The notes under the pieces were generated by a model. The model did no database searches. It was not told the origin of the DNA and saw only the letters and a program-made list of their open reading frames with translations. 64,000 nucleotides of DNA from Octopus sinensis (taxonomy: Eukaryota): contig NC_042999.1 in NCBI RefSeq assembly GCF_006345805.1, positions 45,570,001 to 45,634,000 on the forward strand, read 5' to 3'. The stretch's first letter is position 1. Each line of letters begins with the position of its first letter. Made by a program: the position numbers and the translations under genes. Below are positions 39,674 to 53,809 of the stretch, in pieces.

Positions 39674-40159
39674 ATATGTATGTCTTTATGTATTTTATTA
39701 TTTTAATTGTTTCAGTCATTTGACTGTGGCCTTGCTGGACACCACCTTGAAGGGTTTTAGTCAAACAAATTGACTCCAGGACCTCTTTTTTCTTTAATTT
39801 AAAGCCTAGTTATATTCTATCAGTCTCTTTTGCAAAAATGGTATGTTATTAAGTTACCAGGACATAAAGACACCAACACTAGTTGTCAAGTGGGGATGGG
39901 GGAACAAAGAGACACAAAGACACACACACACACACACACACATACAAAATGGACTTCTTTCAGTTTCTGTCTCCCCAATCCACTCACGAGGCTATGGTCA
40001 GCCTGAGGCTATAGTAGAAAACACTTGCTCCAGGTGCCATGCAGTGAGACTGAACCTGGAACTATGCAGTTGAGAAGCAAGCATTTTACCACACAGCCAC
40101 ACCTAATGTATGTATGTATATATCTATATCTATATATATATATATGTGTGTGTGTGTGA

Positions 40160-40497
40160 AGGCGTATGGCTTAGTGGTTAGTGCGTAGAGCCTACAGTCG
40201 TGAAGTTGCGAGTTCAATTTCCTGGACCGGGCTGTGTATTGTGTTCTTGAGCAAGACACTTCATTTCATGTTGCTCCAGTTAACCCAGCTGTAGAAATGA
40301 GTTGCTACGTCACAAGTGCCAAGCTGTATCGGCCTTTGCCGTTCCCTTGGATAACCTCAGTGGTGTGGAGAGGGGAGGCTGGCTGGTATGTATAGGTGAC
40401 TGCTGGCCTTCCTCAAACAATCTTGCCCTGACTTGTGCCTTGGAGGGTAACTTTCTAGGTGCAATCCCATGGTCATTCGTGACTGAAGAGGGTCTCA
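40160..40497 (+). mobile_element. tRNA-derived SINE with V-like central domain and a distinct tail
   Basis: A box TGGCTTAGTGG, B box GAGTTCAATTTCC, gtgttcttgagcaagacactt core. Confidence 0.75.
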
Positions 40498-40988
40498 GCA
40501 TACATATATATATTATATATATTATATATATATATATATATCTTAGAGTAGTATAGTATTCATGAAGCATTGTTTCATATATATAAATGTTTGTCATTTT
40601 GTTTTTTTTTTAAAGCTAAATAAATACAGGTTGATAGTTTTGCTTGGCATTTCAGTGTTTCAGATTTAAGACCCTCTCCTCAGGAATTCATCGGAGAAAA
40701 GTTGATATTTGCTGACTTTTCTGCCCTGTAGTATGCTAATATGTTATGTATTAAATATGCATCACTATAGCAACCAACTGGATGCCTGCAACTCTGATCT
40801 GTTATTAATACATATTGTATATATTTTAATTAAAAGAGCTCATTTATTCTCAAGTCCCCAGAATTGCATGTGGCCCAACTAGTTACTATAGCAACACATC
40901 AAATACACGCACACTACTGGACAAAGAGGTCTGCAAATACCAACTTTCTTTAAACATTTACTGATTAAGGGTCATAACCGTGAAATAT

Positions 40989-41088
40989 NNNNNNNNNNNN
41001 NNNNNNNNNNNNNNNNNNNNNNNNNNNNNNNNNNNNNNNNNNNNNNNNNNNNNNNNNNNNNNNNNNNNNNNNNNNNNNNNNNNNNNNN
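40989..41088. other. Assembly gap (100 N)
   Basis: Run of N. Confidence 1.
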
Positions 41089-41156
41089 CTTTCAAAGTTT
41101 TGACCAGCTAAGCCATTGACAGTCCGATGATGGGTTAGCTGGCCAAAACTTCAAAG
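41089..41156. repeat. Compact imperfect hairpin, pre-miRNA-sized
   Basis: ~27-bp stem with 2 mismatches and one bulge, 13-nt loop. Confidence 0.7.
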
Positions 41157-41902
41157 TCACTGTCAATACTATTCTTGTTAAAGAACAACAAATTTGGACT
41201 CTACCAAATGTACTGAGCTTAATTTAAAAAAAAATTTTATTATAATATAGAGACAAACTATTATTTTATCATAAGATAGAAACAAACAATATATATATAT
41301 ATATATATATAATATATATAATATATATAATATATATAGTTGATGTCATAAAAATTTGTAAATTTTGACAGAATGTGAATAACTTTTGTTTTGAAGTGGT
41401 GCGTGTTGAAACAGATAAGGCTATAAATAAGCACTTGTAAATATTTGACTTTTTCTATCCTGAGGGTTTTTTTAAAATCTAATATTCACATGGTATTATT
41501 TATAGCTTTATCTGCTTTGAGATTCAGTGTTTGAAAAGCAAAAAAAAAAAAAACTCTACACAGGGGCAGCAAAAATTCATACACAAAATAAGTTCAATAT
41601 GCTCTGGAATTGTCTAAAATAGAATAAAATATATATAATAATGATGAATACACATGGACTTGTACATGATGAACAAAATAAATAAATAGATAAATAATAA
41701 TAATAATAATAATGATAATAATAATGGTTTCAAATTTTGCCACAAGGGCAGCAATTTGGGGGGAAGGGACCAGTCAATTGTTCAACTGGTACTTATTTCA
41801 TTGACCCCTGATAGAATGAAAGGGAAAGTCAACCTTGGTGAAATTTGAACTCAGAATGTAGCAACAAGCAAAATACCACGACGACGACGACTACTACTAC
41901 TA

Positions 41903-42642
41903 CTAGGAAAGCACTCAGAAAGTGCAGACCTCCGCCAAGCAACTCATTTTCACTCATATATACGCATGCTGAAAGTTACCCAATTTCCTAAACCAACGCC
42001 AGCAAAAACATAAGCTCCTTGGCGCGGGTAAAAAAAACCCCAAAAAAACGCAGCCATATGATTTTAAGAAAAACATCCCTTTAAAAACAGGAATCATCTG
42101 AAGCTGTTCCCAACCACCAACATCATCAGCAGCATTGTCATTGCTTCCACTTCAACCACAGAAACTGCTATCAATGTTATCATGATGGTTACCTTGACAG
42201 TCGCTTTCACCACCACAACCAGTATAACCACTGCAATACCACCATCACACAACTAACACTATCATCAACACCACTATTACCACCATCATCTCAGCATCAC
42301 ACATCACACCGCTCCTGTTGCCATTATAACCACTGATACTATTTTATCCTTCTCCCATGCTTATCTTGACCATCGTCATCATCAACACTGTCCCTAAACA
42401 GCAATGCCACCATAGGTTACGTGGAAATGATGTGTTTTCAAGTGAGATAATCAAAGAAAGAAACCATAAAAATTCCCGGATCACTACCAAAATTTCGTCA
42501 TCTGTTCCTTGTGTCATTACTAAGTTTTCCTGCAAGTTTCATCATATACCATTCACAGCTCTTTGAATTATTTTGCACACAGACGGACAGACAGACAAAC
42601 CAACACCAATGAGAAACATAACCTCCTTCCTTGGTGGAGGTA
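41903..42642. mobile_element. Helentron/DINE-1-like non-autonomous element (HINE)
   Basis: Subterminal inverted repeats cctccgccaag (41929-41939) / cttggtggagg (42630-42640), terminal stem acctcc..ggaggt, (GACA)n before the 3' end. Confidence 0.55.
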
Positions 42643-42873
42643 ATAATAATAATAATAATAATAATATTTGAGGGAGGGGAAAATGTCAATCACATCAACC
42701 CCAATGCTTGACTGGTACTTAATTTATTGACCCTGAAAGGATGAAAGGCGAAGTCGACCTTGGTAGAATTTGAACTCAGGACATAAAGACAAACAAAATA
42801 CTGCTAAAACTTTCGCCTGGTGTGCTAACGATTCTGCCAGCTCACCACCTTAGTAGTAGTGGTAGTAGTAGTG

Positions 42874-42909
<36 letters not shown>

Positions 42910-43139
42910 GTCAATATGAAGAGCGCAATGCGATTGCAATAGATAATTTATTGGTTTGAACAATATTTCGACAGCTTGCCTGCCTTTATCTAGTTCAAAA
43001 TGAAAAGTGATATATAGAAATATCATTCAAACCAATAAAATATCTATTGCAATTGCATCACGCACTTCGTATTGTCTATTTACCTTTGTTAATAATAATA
43101 ATAATAATAATCGTTTCTATTATAGAATAAGGCATAAAA

Positions 43140-43530
43140 TTTGGGGGAGGGGAATAGTCGATTACATTGGCCCCAGTACTCAACTGGTACTTATTTTATC
43201 GACCATAAAAGGATGAAAGGTAAAGTCAACTTCAGCAGAATTTGAACTCAGAATGCAAAGATGGGTGAAATGCCGCTAAGCATTTTTGCTCAGCGGGCTA
43301 ACGTTTCTTATTTCTTTATTGCTCACAAGGAGCTAAACATAGAGGGGACAAACAAGGACAGACAAAGGGATGATGTCGATTACATCGACCCCAGTGTGTA
43401 ACTGGTACTTAATTTATCGACCCCGAAAAGGATGAAAGGCAAAGTCGACCTTGGTAGAATTTTAACTCAGAACATAAAGACAGATGAAATACCGCTAAGC
43501 ACTTCACGTGATGTGCTAATGTTTCTGTCG
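43140..43530 (-). mobile_element. Tandem Nin-domain-type SINEs (further fragments at 41720-41875, 42665-42850)
   Basis: Reverse complement of the 36941 element. Confidence 0.8.
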
Positions 43531-44014
43531 CCTCTAATAATAATAATGTGAAATGTTTTGGTACCTAACTTTTATCCTACCCTATATATATATATGTATG
43601 TATATGTATATAGATTAGAGAAGAACCACCATGTAGCAATTCAACAATGATATACTTAAATCATACCATATAGAAAAAAATTAAAGATACGATAAAACAT
43701 TTACCTAGAACTAAATAAAGTGGCTCTTCTCTAATTTATATACATGTATTATATATTGTGAAATTTGATTTAGTATTACTAAACTGAATTTTTCCCTGTA
43801 AGTTTGGAATCATATTTCCTAATATTATTATTATTATTGTTATTATCATTATTTGGCATTAGGAAGAGCATCCTGGCGCTAGGAAGGGCATCCAGCTGTA
43901 GAAACACTGCCAGATCAGACTGGGGCCTGGTGCAGCCTTCTGGCTTCCCAGACCAACCCATGCTAGCATGGAAAACGGACATTAAACGATGATGATGATT
44001 ATTATTATGTGTAT

Positions 44015-44046
<32 letters not shown>

Positions 44047-44053
44047 ATTTGTG

Positions 44054-44094
<41 letters not shown>

Positions 44095-45606
44095 GTGTAT
44101 GTTTGTGCCTTTCCAGTTGGGTCATGATAGAGTGTGAAAGAAATGTCACCATTTAGGCATTGTTGTCATCATTTTCACCCTTTGTAAAAGCTTCTGTGCC
44201 TGTTGAGTGGTTCATGTGAAAGAACAAGGTAATCAAAACTTTGCTTGGAAACAAGTAAGGATTAGTGAGAGGATGGTCATCCTGCCTTAGAATACTGCTT
44301 CAAGAAATTTCGTTGAAACCATGCCAGATCATGGATGACATGGATGTATGAACGGTACTGCACCAGGTATTAAGAACATCAACATTCATTTCAAAGCATC
44401 CCATTTAGGTCGATGAATCTATTTCAAGCTCCTTAGCTATTGCAATCACTGGATACCGAGTGAGACAATACTGAAATGACTGTGGGTGTCATAGATTCCT
44501 TATAGAAATTCAGTAGGAATTATCTATTGAATGCATGCAATGGCTGCCAGGCTCAAACAAATTGTATAATTTACACAAAGTGGTGTTGTAGAATAAACAA
44601 GCTTTTAGTCCAGTTCAAATATGTCTGGGACATATCTGACCTGTAAAAAGGTCGTTTTTATTGCAGCTTTCTGTGGAGGTTTGCAGGGATATTCTACCCT
44701 ATGTAATTATGTCTCTTCATTTCTGAGTTCAAATTCTGCCAAGGTCAACTTTGACGTTCGTAACCACCGCCGAGAGTAAGTGCTAACTTCTCTTTAAAAA
44801 ATTGGCCTTGCATCAAGTTAAAGAATTCCTTATTGAAAAAAGAGATAAATACTTTTTTTCCCCCACTTCAGTATTGTAGCTAATTGTTTGGTTTGTCTTC
44901 ATATGAGTTTTATTCATCACTAGTGTTGGTGGTGGTGGTGGTGGAGAATTATCTTTTTTTAGCCTCAGGGATGTAGTATTTGGAAGTTTCTGGAATTTAT
45001 AACTTTCTCTGAATAAATAGCAGAATGAATTAAATAACAATATCATCATCATCATCATTTAATGTCCAACCTATGTCATGCTCATATAGACTGAATGGTT
45101 CAATAAGAACTGATGAACCAGAGGGCTATGCTGAGCTTCATTCTTTATTTTGGCATAGTTTCTTCATTTGAATGCTCTTCCTGATGCCAACGACTTTATA
45201 GAGTATATTGGGTCCTTTTTTTGCACATTTTCCATTCTTGTATGGGTTGGATGAGACTTTCTGAGTTGGTATTCTTGGAATGGTGCCTTTCCTGATACCA
45301 ACCTTAACTTGTTTTTCAAGAACTTTATTTCTTGTCTTCATACATCAAACTGCTGCCAGACATAAGCATCATGCCTAAGGCAGTGTCATAGCAAAGACAT
45401 GCAAATAAGCACACATTTATATACAAATATGTGCACGCACACACACACTCACACATGAAATATAAGATAACCTGAAGTTCCTCACAATGGTATCAAACTT
45501 GAAACCACTCGGTTACAAAGCAAACTCCTGCACTAACTGTACAACTTTGCTTGTACCTGAGATTCAAACATGAAATGCAGAACTTGTTTCCTTGGTCAAT
45601 CTAGGA

Positions 45607-46333
45607 CAGTGATTTGTAACCATTTTTTGCTTATGGACCCCTTTGTTTCCTATTTTACTTGGATGGCCTCTCATAACCATTCAGTGTTTAAAAAATCCTA
45701 TTGTATTTTTAGAATTAAGTTTATTAGAAATTGTATTAAAAAAGCCGGCAGGTGTATGTCTCAGGCTTCGGCTGTGCTGCAGCACCTTAAAAAAACTGCA
45801 GAAACGTTAGCATGCCGGGTGAAATGCTTAGCGGTATTTCGTCTGCCATTATGTTCTCAGTTCAAATTCTGTCGAGGTTGACTTTACCTTTCATCCTTTC
45901 AGGGTCGATTAGATAAGTTCCAGTTATGCACTGGGGTCGATATAATCGATTTAATCCGTTTGTCCTTGTTTGTCCTCTCTGTGTTTAGCCCCTTGTGGGT
46001 AGTAAAGAAATAGGTATTTTGTCTGCCGTTATGTTCTGAGTTCAAATTCCGCTGAGGTCGACTTTGCCTTTCATCCTTTTGGGGTCGATAAATTAAATAC
46101 CAGTTATGCACTGGGGTCGATCTAATCAGCTTAATCCCTTTGTCTGTCCTTGTTTGTCCCCTCTATGTTTAGTCCCTTGTGGGCAATAAAGAAATAAGAA
46201 ATTGTATTAAAAGAAATTAATATATTTTGTATATTATAGAAGTTAAAAATTAATTTATTGTACATAATTTTTAACAACAAAATATTACATGCCCACCATC
46301 CCTGAGTCATATGGACCCTGGTTGAGAACCATG
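45607..46333. mobile_element. hAT MITE carrying a nested Nin-SINE dimer (45742-46196)
   Basis: TIRs cagtgatttgtaacc / ggttgagaaccatg; perfect 8-bp TSD atctagga; SINE TSD agaaattgtattaaaa (16 bp). Confidence 0.85.
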
Positions 46334-47294
46334 ATCTAGGAGAACCTATGAAGTTCATGGGCTTTTCTTTTTCTCATTTTCCTTCTATTTGACTTCTGAC
46401 CGGGTTATTATTTAAAAAAGGAATTTTCTAAAGATGTGACAATACTTGCACTTTTTTTTTAAGTTAGTAGGGTGAAGTTAGAGGGAAATTAGATTGCTAT
46501 TTCTAGCAGTTTGAGCAATCACTTATGAAGGCAGACCTCAGGCTGTATAACATAAATTAACTGGTGATCTGGAAGAAATAAAAGAACAATTGGTAACATT
46601 GTTAGAGTGTAGAACAAAAAGCGATGTTATTTAGTTATGGTCCTGTATGTCCTGAGTTCAATTCCTGCCTAAGTCAATATTGCATTTCTTCCTTTCGGGG
46701 CTGTAAAATAAAGTATTAGTTGAGTCTTGGGATCAATTTATCTTCCTATAAAGCATGTTAAACAACAGAATTCTATTAGTGTTGTGTTTTTAAATTTGCC
46801 ATATGTATGTCACTCCCACTCATTTTCCACTGCATGCATGGATGAGATGGTTTGTTTGTTCCATTCCTTTTCTGCAGTGAACCATTCAACCGTGACAAAA
46901 ATTAAAAAGCAAGTAGTTTTATGTGCTTGACCTAGAATTATAACACAATGGTTAATTGTGATATCAACTCATGCGAGACAGCCTGTATATGATAAAACAA
47001 AACGAGAAATACATTCTCTCTTTTTGTAGTGTTCATATTTAAGTTTTAAAAATGTCTGTTATTTCTTCTGGGAATCTTTTGTTATGTGAAGGTATGGGTA
47101 TGTGGTTAAGAAACTCAATTTGCAATGATGGAGTTTTGAGTTCAGTCCTACTGCACAACACCTTCTACTATAGCCCCCAGACAACCAATGACTTGTGAGT
47201 GAATTCGGTTGATGGAAACTGTATGAAAGCCCATTTTATATGTGTGTGTGTACATATATCTATATATGTATGTGTGTATGTATATGTATGTATG

Positions 47295-47342
<48 letters not shown>

Positions 47343-47383
47343 AATATATATATATGTATGTATATATATGTATATATATATAT

Positions 47384-47829
47384 ACTCTTTACTCTTTTAC
47401 TTGTTTCAGTCATTTGACTGCAGCCATGCTGGAGCACCGCCTTTAGTCGAGCAAATCGACCCCGGGACTTATTCTTTTGTAAGCCCAGTACTTATTCTAT
47501 CGGTCTCTTTTACCGAACCGCTAAGTGACGGGGACGTAAACACACCAGCATCGGTTGTCAAGCAATGCTAGGGGAACAAACACAGACACACAAACACACA
47601 CACATTCATATATATATATATACATATATACGACAGGCTTCTTTCAGTTTCCGTCTACCAAATCCACTCACAAGGCATTGGTCGGCCCGGGGCTATAGCA
47701 GAAGACACTTGCCCAAGATGCCACGCAGTGGGACTGAACCCGGAACCATGTGGTTGGTTAGCAAGCTACTTACCACACAGCCACTCCTGCCGCCTATATA
47801 TATATGTATGTATAATATGTATGTATATA

Positions 47830-47890
<61 letters not shown>

Positions 47891-48346
47891 ATGTATGTAT
47901 GTATGTATATATGTATGTATGTATATATGTATGTATGTATATATATATGTATGTATGTATGTATATATATATACTCTTTTTTCTTTTTTTTCTCTTTTTA
48001 CTTGTTTCAGTCATTTGACTGCGGCCATGCTGGAGCACCGCCTTTAGTCGAGCAAATCGACCCCGGGACTTATTCTTTGTAAGCCTAGTACTTATTCTAT
48101 CGGTCTCTTTTGCCGAACCGCTAAGTTACGGGGACGTAAACACACCAGCATCGGTTGTCAAGCAATGCTAGGGGAACAAACACAGACACACAAACATATT
48201 CACACACACTTATATATATATACATATATACGACAGGCTTCTTTCAGTTTCCGTCTACTAAATCCACCTTCAAGGCATTGGTCAGCCCGGGGCTATAGGA
48301 GAAGACACGTGCCCAAGATGCCACGCAGTGGGACTGAACCCAGAAC
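47384..48346 (-). mobile_element. Two tandem family B SINEs separated by a microsatellite; the second lacks its head
   Basis: 47384-47794 and 47973-48346 are near-identical. Confidence 0.9.
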
Positions 48347-48710
48347 ATATATGTATGTATATATATATATATGTATGTATGTATATATATATATGTATGT
48401 ATGTATATAATATATATGTATGTATGTATATATATATATGTATGTATGTATATATATATATGTATGTATGTATATATATATATATGTATGTATGTATATA
48501 TATATGTATGTATGTATATATATGTATGTATGTATATATATATATATGTATGTATATATATATGTATGTATATATATATATATGTATGTATGTATATATA
48601 TATATATATGTATGTATGTATGTATGTTATATATATATATGTATATATATATATGTATGTTATGTATATATATGTATGTATATATATGTATATGTATATA
48701 TGTATGTATG

Positions 48711-48759
<49 letters not shown>

Positions 48760-48923
48760 GTATATATATATTATGTATGTATGTATATATATGTATGTAT
48801 GTATATATATATGTATGTATGTATGTATATATATATGTATATATATGTATGTATGTATGTATATATATATTATGTATGTATATATATAATGTATATGTAT
48901 GTATGTATGTATATGTATATATG

Positions 48924-48954
<31 letters not shown>

Positions 48955-48971
48955 GTATGTATGTATGTATG

Positions 48972-49005
<34 letters not shown>

Positions 49006-49032
49006 ATGTATATGTATGTATATATATATATG

Positions 49033-49073
<41 letters not shown>

Positions 49074-49212
49074 GTATATGTATGTATGTATATGTATGTA
49101 TGTATATGTATGTATGTATATGTATGTATGTATATGTATGTATATATATGTATGTATGTATATGTATGTATGTATATGTATGTATATATATATATGTATA
49201 TATATGTCTGTG
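48347..49212. repeat. ~870-bp (TA)/(TATG) microsatellite
   Basis: Direct inspection; source of the 308- and 329-aa spurious ORFs. Confidence 0.95.
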
Positions 49213-50235
49213 TGTGCATGTGTATATATGTGTGTCTGTGTCTGTTTTGTCAGACTGGTGTGGATTTGTTTGCATTCCTGTAACTTGATGGTTCAACAAA
49301 AGAGACTAATAGAATAAGTAGTGGGTGAATGGGGGTAATTTGTTTGATTAAAACCTTTTAAGGTGGTGCCCCAGCATTGCTGCTACTTTTGCCACTGTGG
49401 GTAATATCAGATAATGTTATAATAATCATAGTTTCAATTATAGCTGTAGCAATTATAATTTTACTTTTTTTTAAAATTTCATGCTTAATCAATACTAATG
49501 AAGAAATGAATTATCAATTGTGTGTTTGCAATAAATATATATTATCAATAACATCGATACTTTTTAACTATCAATTAATTAGTGTTCTAACATTATCTGA
49601 TGCTACTGACAGTGACAAGAGTATGTTTCCTAAAGGTATCTGTGATATGACAGATGACACCCTAATTAGTATATAATAATGAAAGGATCAGTCTTATCTC
49701 CCTTTGGAAATGGACAAACAGAAAGATAGAGACACTGCTAACTATATTAATAGATTAATTGAAACATGTAGATAGTATCTTTTATTAGAATTGAATGCAA
49801 AAGTGTGAGACCTGTGACCATTTGGTCTGCACCTTAGCACATTAACCTCATAGCCATTTTACTTCTATATTAATTGAAATTTAAAAAGAATTCATCTTCA
49901 GCTGTATGACTTTGAAATTCATTGCTACGAATTCATGCACTGAGCTATGTTCAATTGTTGTTGAACCCCAGGTCAGTTCTGATTGGGCAAAGTTATGGTC
50001 AAAAGCATTCCAGCCACGACCACTCTGTCATTGTTCAAAGTACAGTGCAATAAGATCCATATCCAATATGTCTTTCTTTCCTTTAATGATTGTGTGTCAT
50101 TTGAGGGGTATGTAACTGGTGTTTCTAGCAATTCCAGTGAGTAACTGTGTAAAGGTTACTCCAAGTTAAAATAGTGAGAAATACTTGCTGAAGGCTTTAA
50201 ATCTAATATCAAAATTAGAGAATGGTCAGCTAATT

Positions 50236-50648
50236 TACTCTTTTACTTGTTTTACTCTTTTACAGTCATTTGACTGCAGCCATGCAGGAGCACCGCCTTT
50301 AGTCAAGCAAATTGACCCCAGGACTTAATCTTTGGAAGCCTAGTACTTATTTTATTGGTCTCTTTTGCCAAACCGCTAAGTTACGGGGACATAAACACAC
50401 CAGCATCGGTTGTCAAGTGATGTTGGGAGGACAAACACAGACACACAAACACACACACACATATATATATACATATACATATATACAATGGGCTTCTTTC
50501 AATTTCCATCTACCAAATCCACTCACAAGGCTTTGGTCGGCCTGAGGCTACAGTAGAAGACACTTGCCCAAGGTGCCACGCAGTGGGACTGAACCCGGAA
50601 CCATGTGGTTGGTAAGCAAGCTACTTACCTCACAGCCACTCCTGCGCC
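50236..50648 (-). mobile_element. Full-length family B SINE
   Basis: Same family as 34572; many older copies also at 11395, 23175, 39700, 60065, 61525, 63290. Confidence 0.9.
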
Positions 50649-52394
50649 TATAATTGTTTATAGTTATGAGTCTGTTCTTGCTGATTTGAAAATATCAGGA
50701 CAGTGTAACTCTTTCCACAAAAGAATGCTATATTAAAATGTATCAACTACATTTGAAAATAATAATGGCAGGAATCTGTTTAGTGAGCTTTTAAAGAAAT
50801 GACTCCAGGCATATCTTTTATCTTTTACTTCTGTCAGTCATCATTGGACTTCAGCCATGTGGGGGCAATGTTTTGAAGGTTTTATTCAAATAAACCAACA
50901 TCACTACATTTTTTTTAAAGCCCACTACATATTGTATCAGTCTCTTTTGCTGAACTGTTTAGGTATGGTGGTGTAAACAAACAAACAAACAAACACCAGT
51001 GATCTAGTGATGGTTGAAGACAAGCATAACAAAACTTACACACACACACACACACACATCTTCATTTAATGTCTGTTTTCTGTGCTGGCATGGGTTGGAT
51101 GGTTTGAAAGCTGTTGGCAAGTCAGAGCGCTGCACCAGGCTTCATTGTCTGATTTGGCCTGTTTTCAATGGCGAGATACCTTTCCTAAAGTCAGACATTC
51201 TACAGAGTGTACTGGACACACAACAGGACTTTTTTTTCTTTCACTAAATCTACTTACAAGGCATTGAATGGCCTGGAGCTATAGTAAAAGACATTTACCC
51301 AAGGTGTTTTGCAGTGGAACTGAACCCAAGACCTCATGGTTGGGAAGCAAGCTAGTCAGCCACTCAGCCATGCCTGTGCCTATTAAAAAATTGGATCTCA
51401 CAAGAAAATTCAAAATCACAGGACCAAGACTTGTGAAATTCTACTGTATTGTAGACTGCTCTGTACCAATATAGAACTTCAGATGTAAGCGATACGAATA
51501 ATAAAGATGAAGATAATTATTGTTATTGTGATGGTAGTGGTGATGGTGGTAATGATTATAAATATTTGGTTTTTAGGATATGGCTGTGATTTGATCAGAA
51601 ATGACTGACTGTTGATGTACTTTAATAGTGCATCTACTCTAAATTTTGTAATTGGTTTAGTAGCTTATAGCCAAAACAGTGCCTACCAAGCACTCTTGAA
51701 TTGATATCTTTATTCTAAATGCTTTTATTGATGAATTGGAATAGTATTAATAATTAAATAAATATTGAGTGGCTGGAGGTCAAAGAAGTGAAATTATCAA
51801 ATATCATTTTTATCATTATTTCATCAAAGCCAAAGTCTTTGTTTTTTTTTCCGTGTGGTGCTATTAGTAATATGTTGCCATAAGGAAATTGGTTTGTTTT
51901 ATCAACATACCTTTTAATAGTACATAGCTTTACACTGCATTTTTCTTCAGTTTGTCTGGTTTCACTAGATGTGGTTTTGATATGGCTGTCTGCCTTACCA
52001 TCAATAATGAAAGCTTATCATTTGCATACCTATACTGACTTGTCTTTAGTCGCCTTGTTCTTTAGTTTGCCACTGGACAGCTTATTAATTGTATTATTTT
52101 CATTGATGTTACATGCACAGTGAATCCCAATCATCTTGTCTGCATTAAAATTCTATCATGATAACTGCTCTCCTTTTACTGATCATTTTTCATTTACATT
52201 TGTAAAACAAATTCTTCACACAACTTCTCCCATACTTTTGATATAAAGAAAAGTTTAGAATGTTTCTATGAGAATTCAAATCCTGTTGAGATCAGCTTAG
52301 CTTTTCCATCTTTTCTGGGCTGGTGAGTTGATAAAATAAAAGTTCACTTCCAGGGCAAGTGGTTTAGGAGGATTGTCTGAGTGCCAACAAAATG

Positions 52395-53133
52395 CTTTGC
52401 AGTATTTATTAGTGATTTGCGTTGGACAAAACTCATTGCTAAAATTGCCAAGAAGACTGAGGATGTCTTGGCATCACTAACCAAGTCCTTTGTGAGCCGC
52501 TCTCTGGCTGTCTATCTGAGGCTTTATATAGCTATGGTGCGGCCTCACCTGGAATTTGCATTACTGGTCTGGAACCCCTATCTTGCCCAGGATATTAATC
52601 ATCTGGAAACCATTCAGTGATTTGCAACCAAGAGAATACCCTCCATCAGGCATTTGCCATATTCTGAATGCCTTACTTCCCTGGGCATGGATACATTGAA
52701 TCTCCAACATCTGGCAGCTGACTTGGCAGACACCCATAAAATTATTAACCATCTTACTAACAATAACTCTGAACACCTTTGCAAACTCCACTTATCTAAC
52801 ACCCTTGGACATGTTTCCAAAGTCAGGAAACAGCACAGCTCCCATGACTTTTGGAAACATTTTTCACGCTAAGAGTTGCTGAAGCATGGAACAAACTGCC
52901 GGCATCAGTTGTTAGTTGTCGGAGCGCTGCATCCTTCAAAACTTCCATGCTTCCTGAGAATCGCCAAGACTACACCTGATTTTCTCCCCTCCATACACAC
53001 GCAAGCATGTATCTGACTCATACACTGTTCACTTTCCAGACATTTGTACATTACTGCATATGCTTTATATGCACTTTTGACAAGTTGTGGTGCACCTGAG
53101 CACTCTATACAATAATTTCATTATTGTTATTAT
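52395..53133 (+). mobile_element. 5'-truncated CR1-clade LINE
   Basis: LYIAMVRPHLEFALLVWNPY...PYSECLTSLGMDTL...LRVAEAWNKLP with stops/frameshifts; (ATT)n tail. Confidence 0.9.
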
Positions 53134-53809
53134 ATTCTGACTCTTGACATTCTGAGTCAATGTCCCACTGGAATAGTATTAATAATTAAATAAATATTGA
53201 GTGGCTAGAGGTCAAAGAAGTGAAATTATCAAATATCATTTTTATAATTATTTCATCAAAGCCAAAGTCTTTGTTTTTTTTTCCTTATATCTCATCCTTT
53301 CAAGAGTCATAAAATATAGTATCAGTCCAGCAGAGCAGTGAACAGATTGAATGTTAGAGCATACAACAAGAAACCTTGTGGTTATTGGTCCAGCTCTTGG
53401 TATTCTAAGTTCAAATCCTACCGTGGCTTACTTGGATGATAGATTTAATCTGTTGCGCTGTTTAATCCTAATACCTGGTCCTTGGATGACTTTAGTAGTG
53501 TCCAGTTCATTCCCAGATTTTGGACCAGATATCCAGTTTGAGAATAACTTCCTTCATTTTTCCTACAAGTACTACTGGAAAATTAAGGCTCATAAGCACT
53601 ACCATTCTTCCAAACTAAATGATGAAAAAACAATGAATTGGCTGTGAAGTTTCATTGAATTTTTAACAAAAGTCAGTACATGTAGTCATGAATTCCAACC
53701 TCACTACATCATTTACTTTGTACCCTCACATTTGGTACATTACTTACTTTGTAACATTGAAAACAGAGTTTGCTAATGTTTTATAGTCAAGTGGGTGGTG
53801 GTAGGTAGA

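Noticed and set aside
48293-49317. 308-, 329- and 287-aa ORFs and many similar YI/CV/HT-rich ORFs across the window
   Set aside because: They are translations of (TA)/(TG)/(TATG) microsatellites that happen to lack stops.
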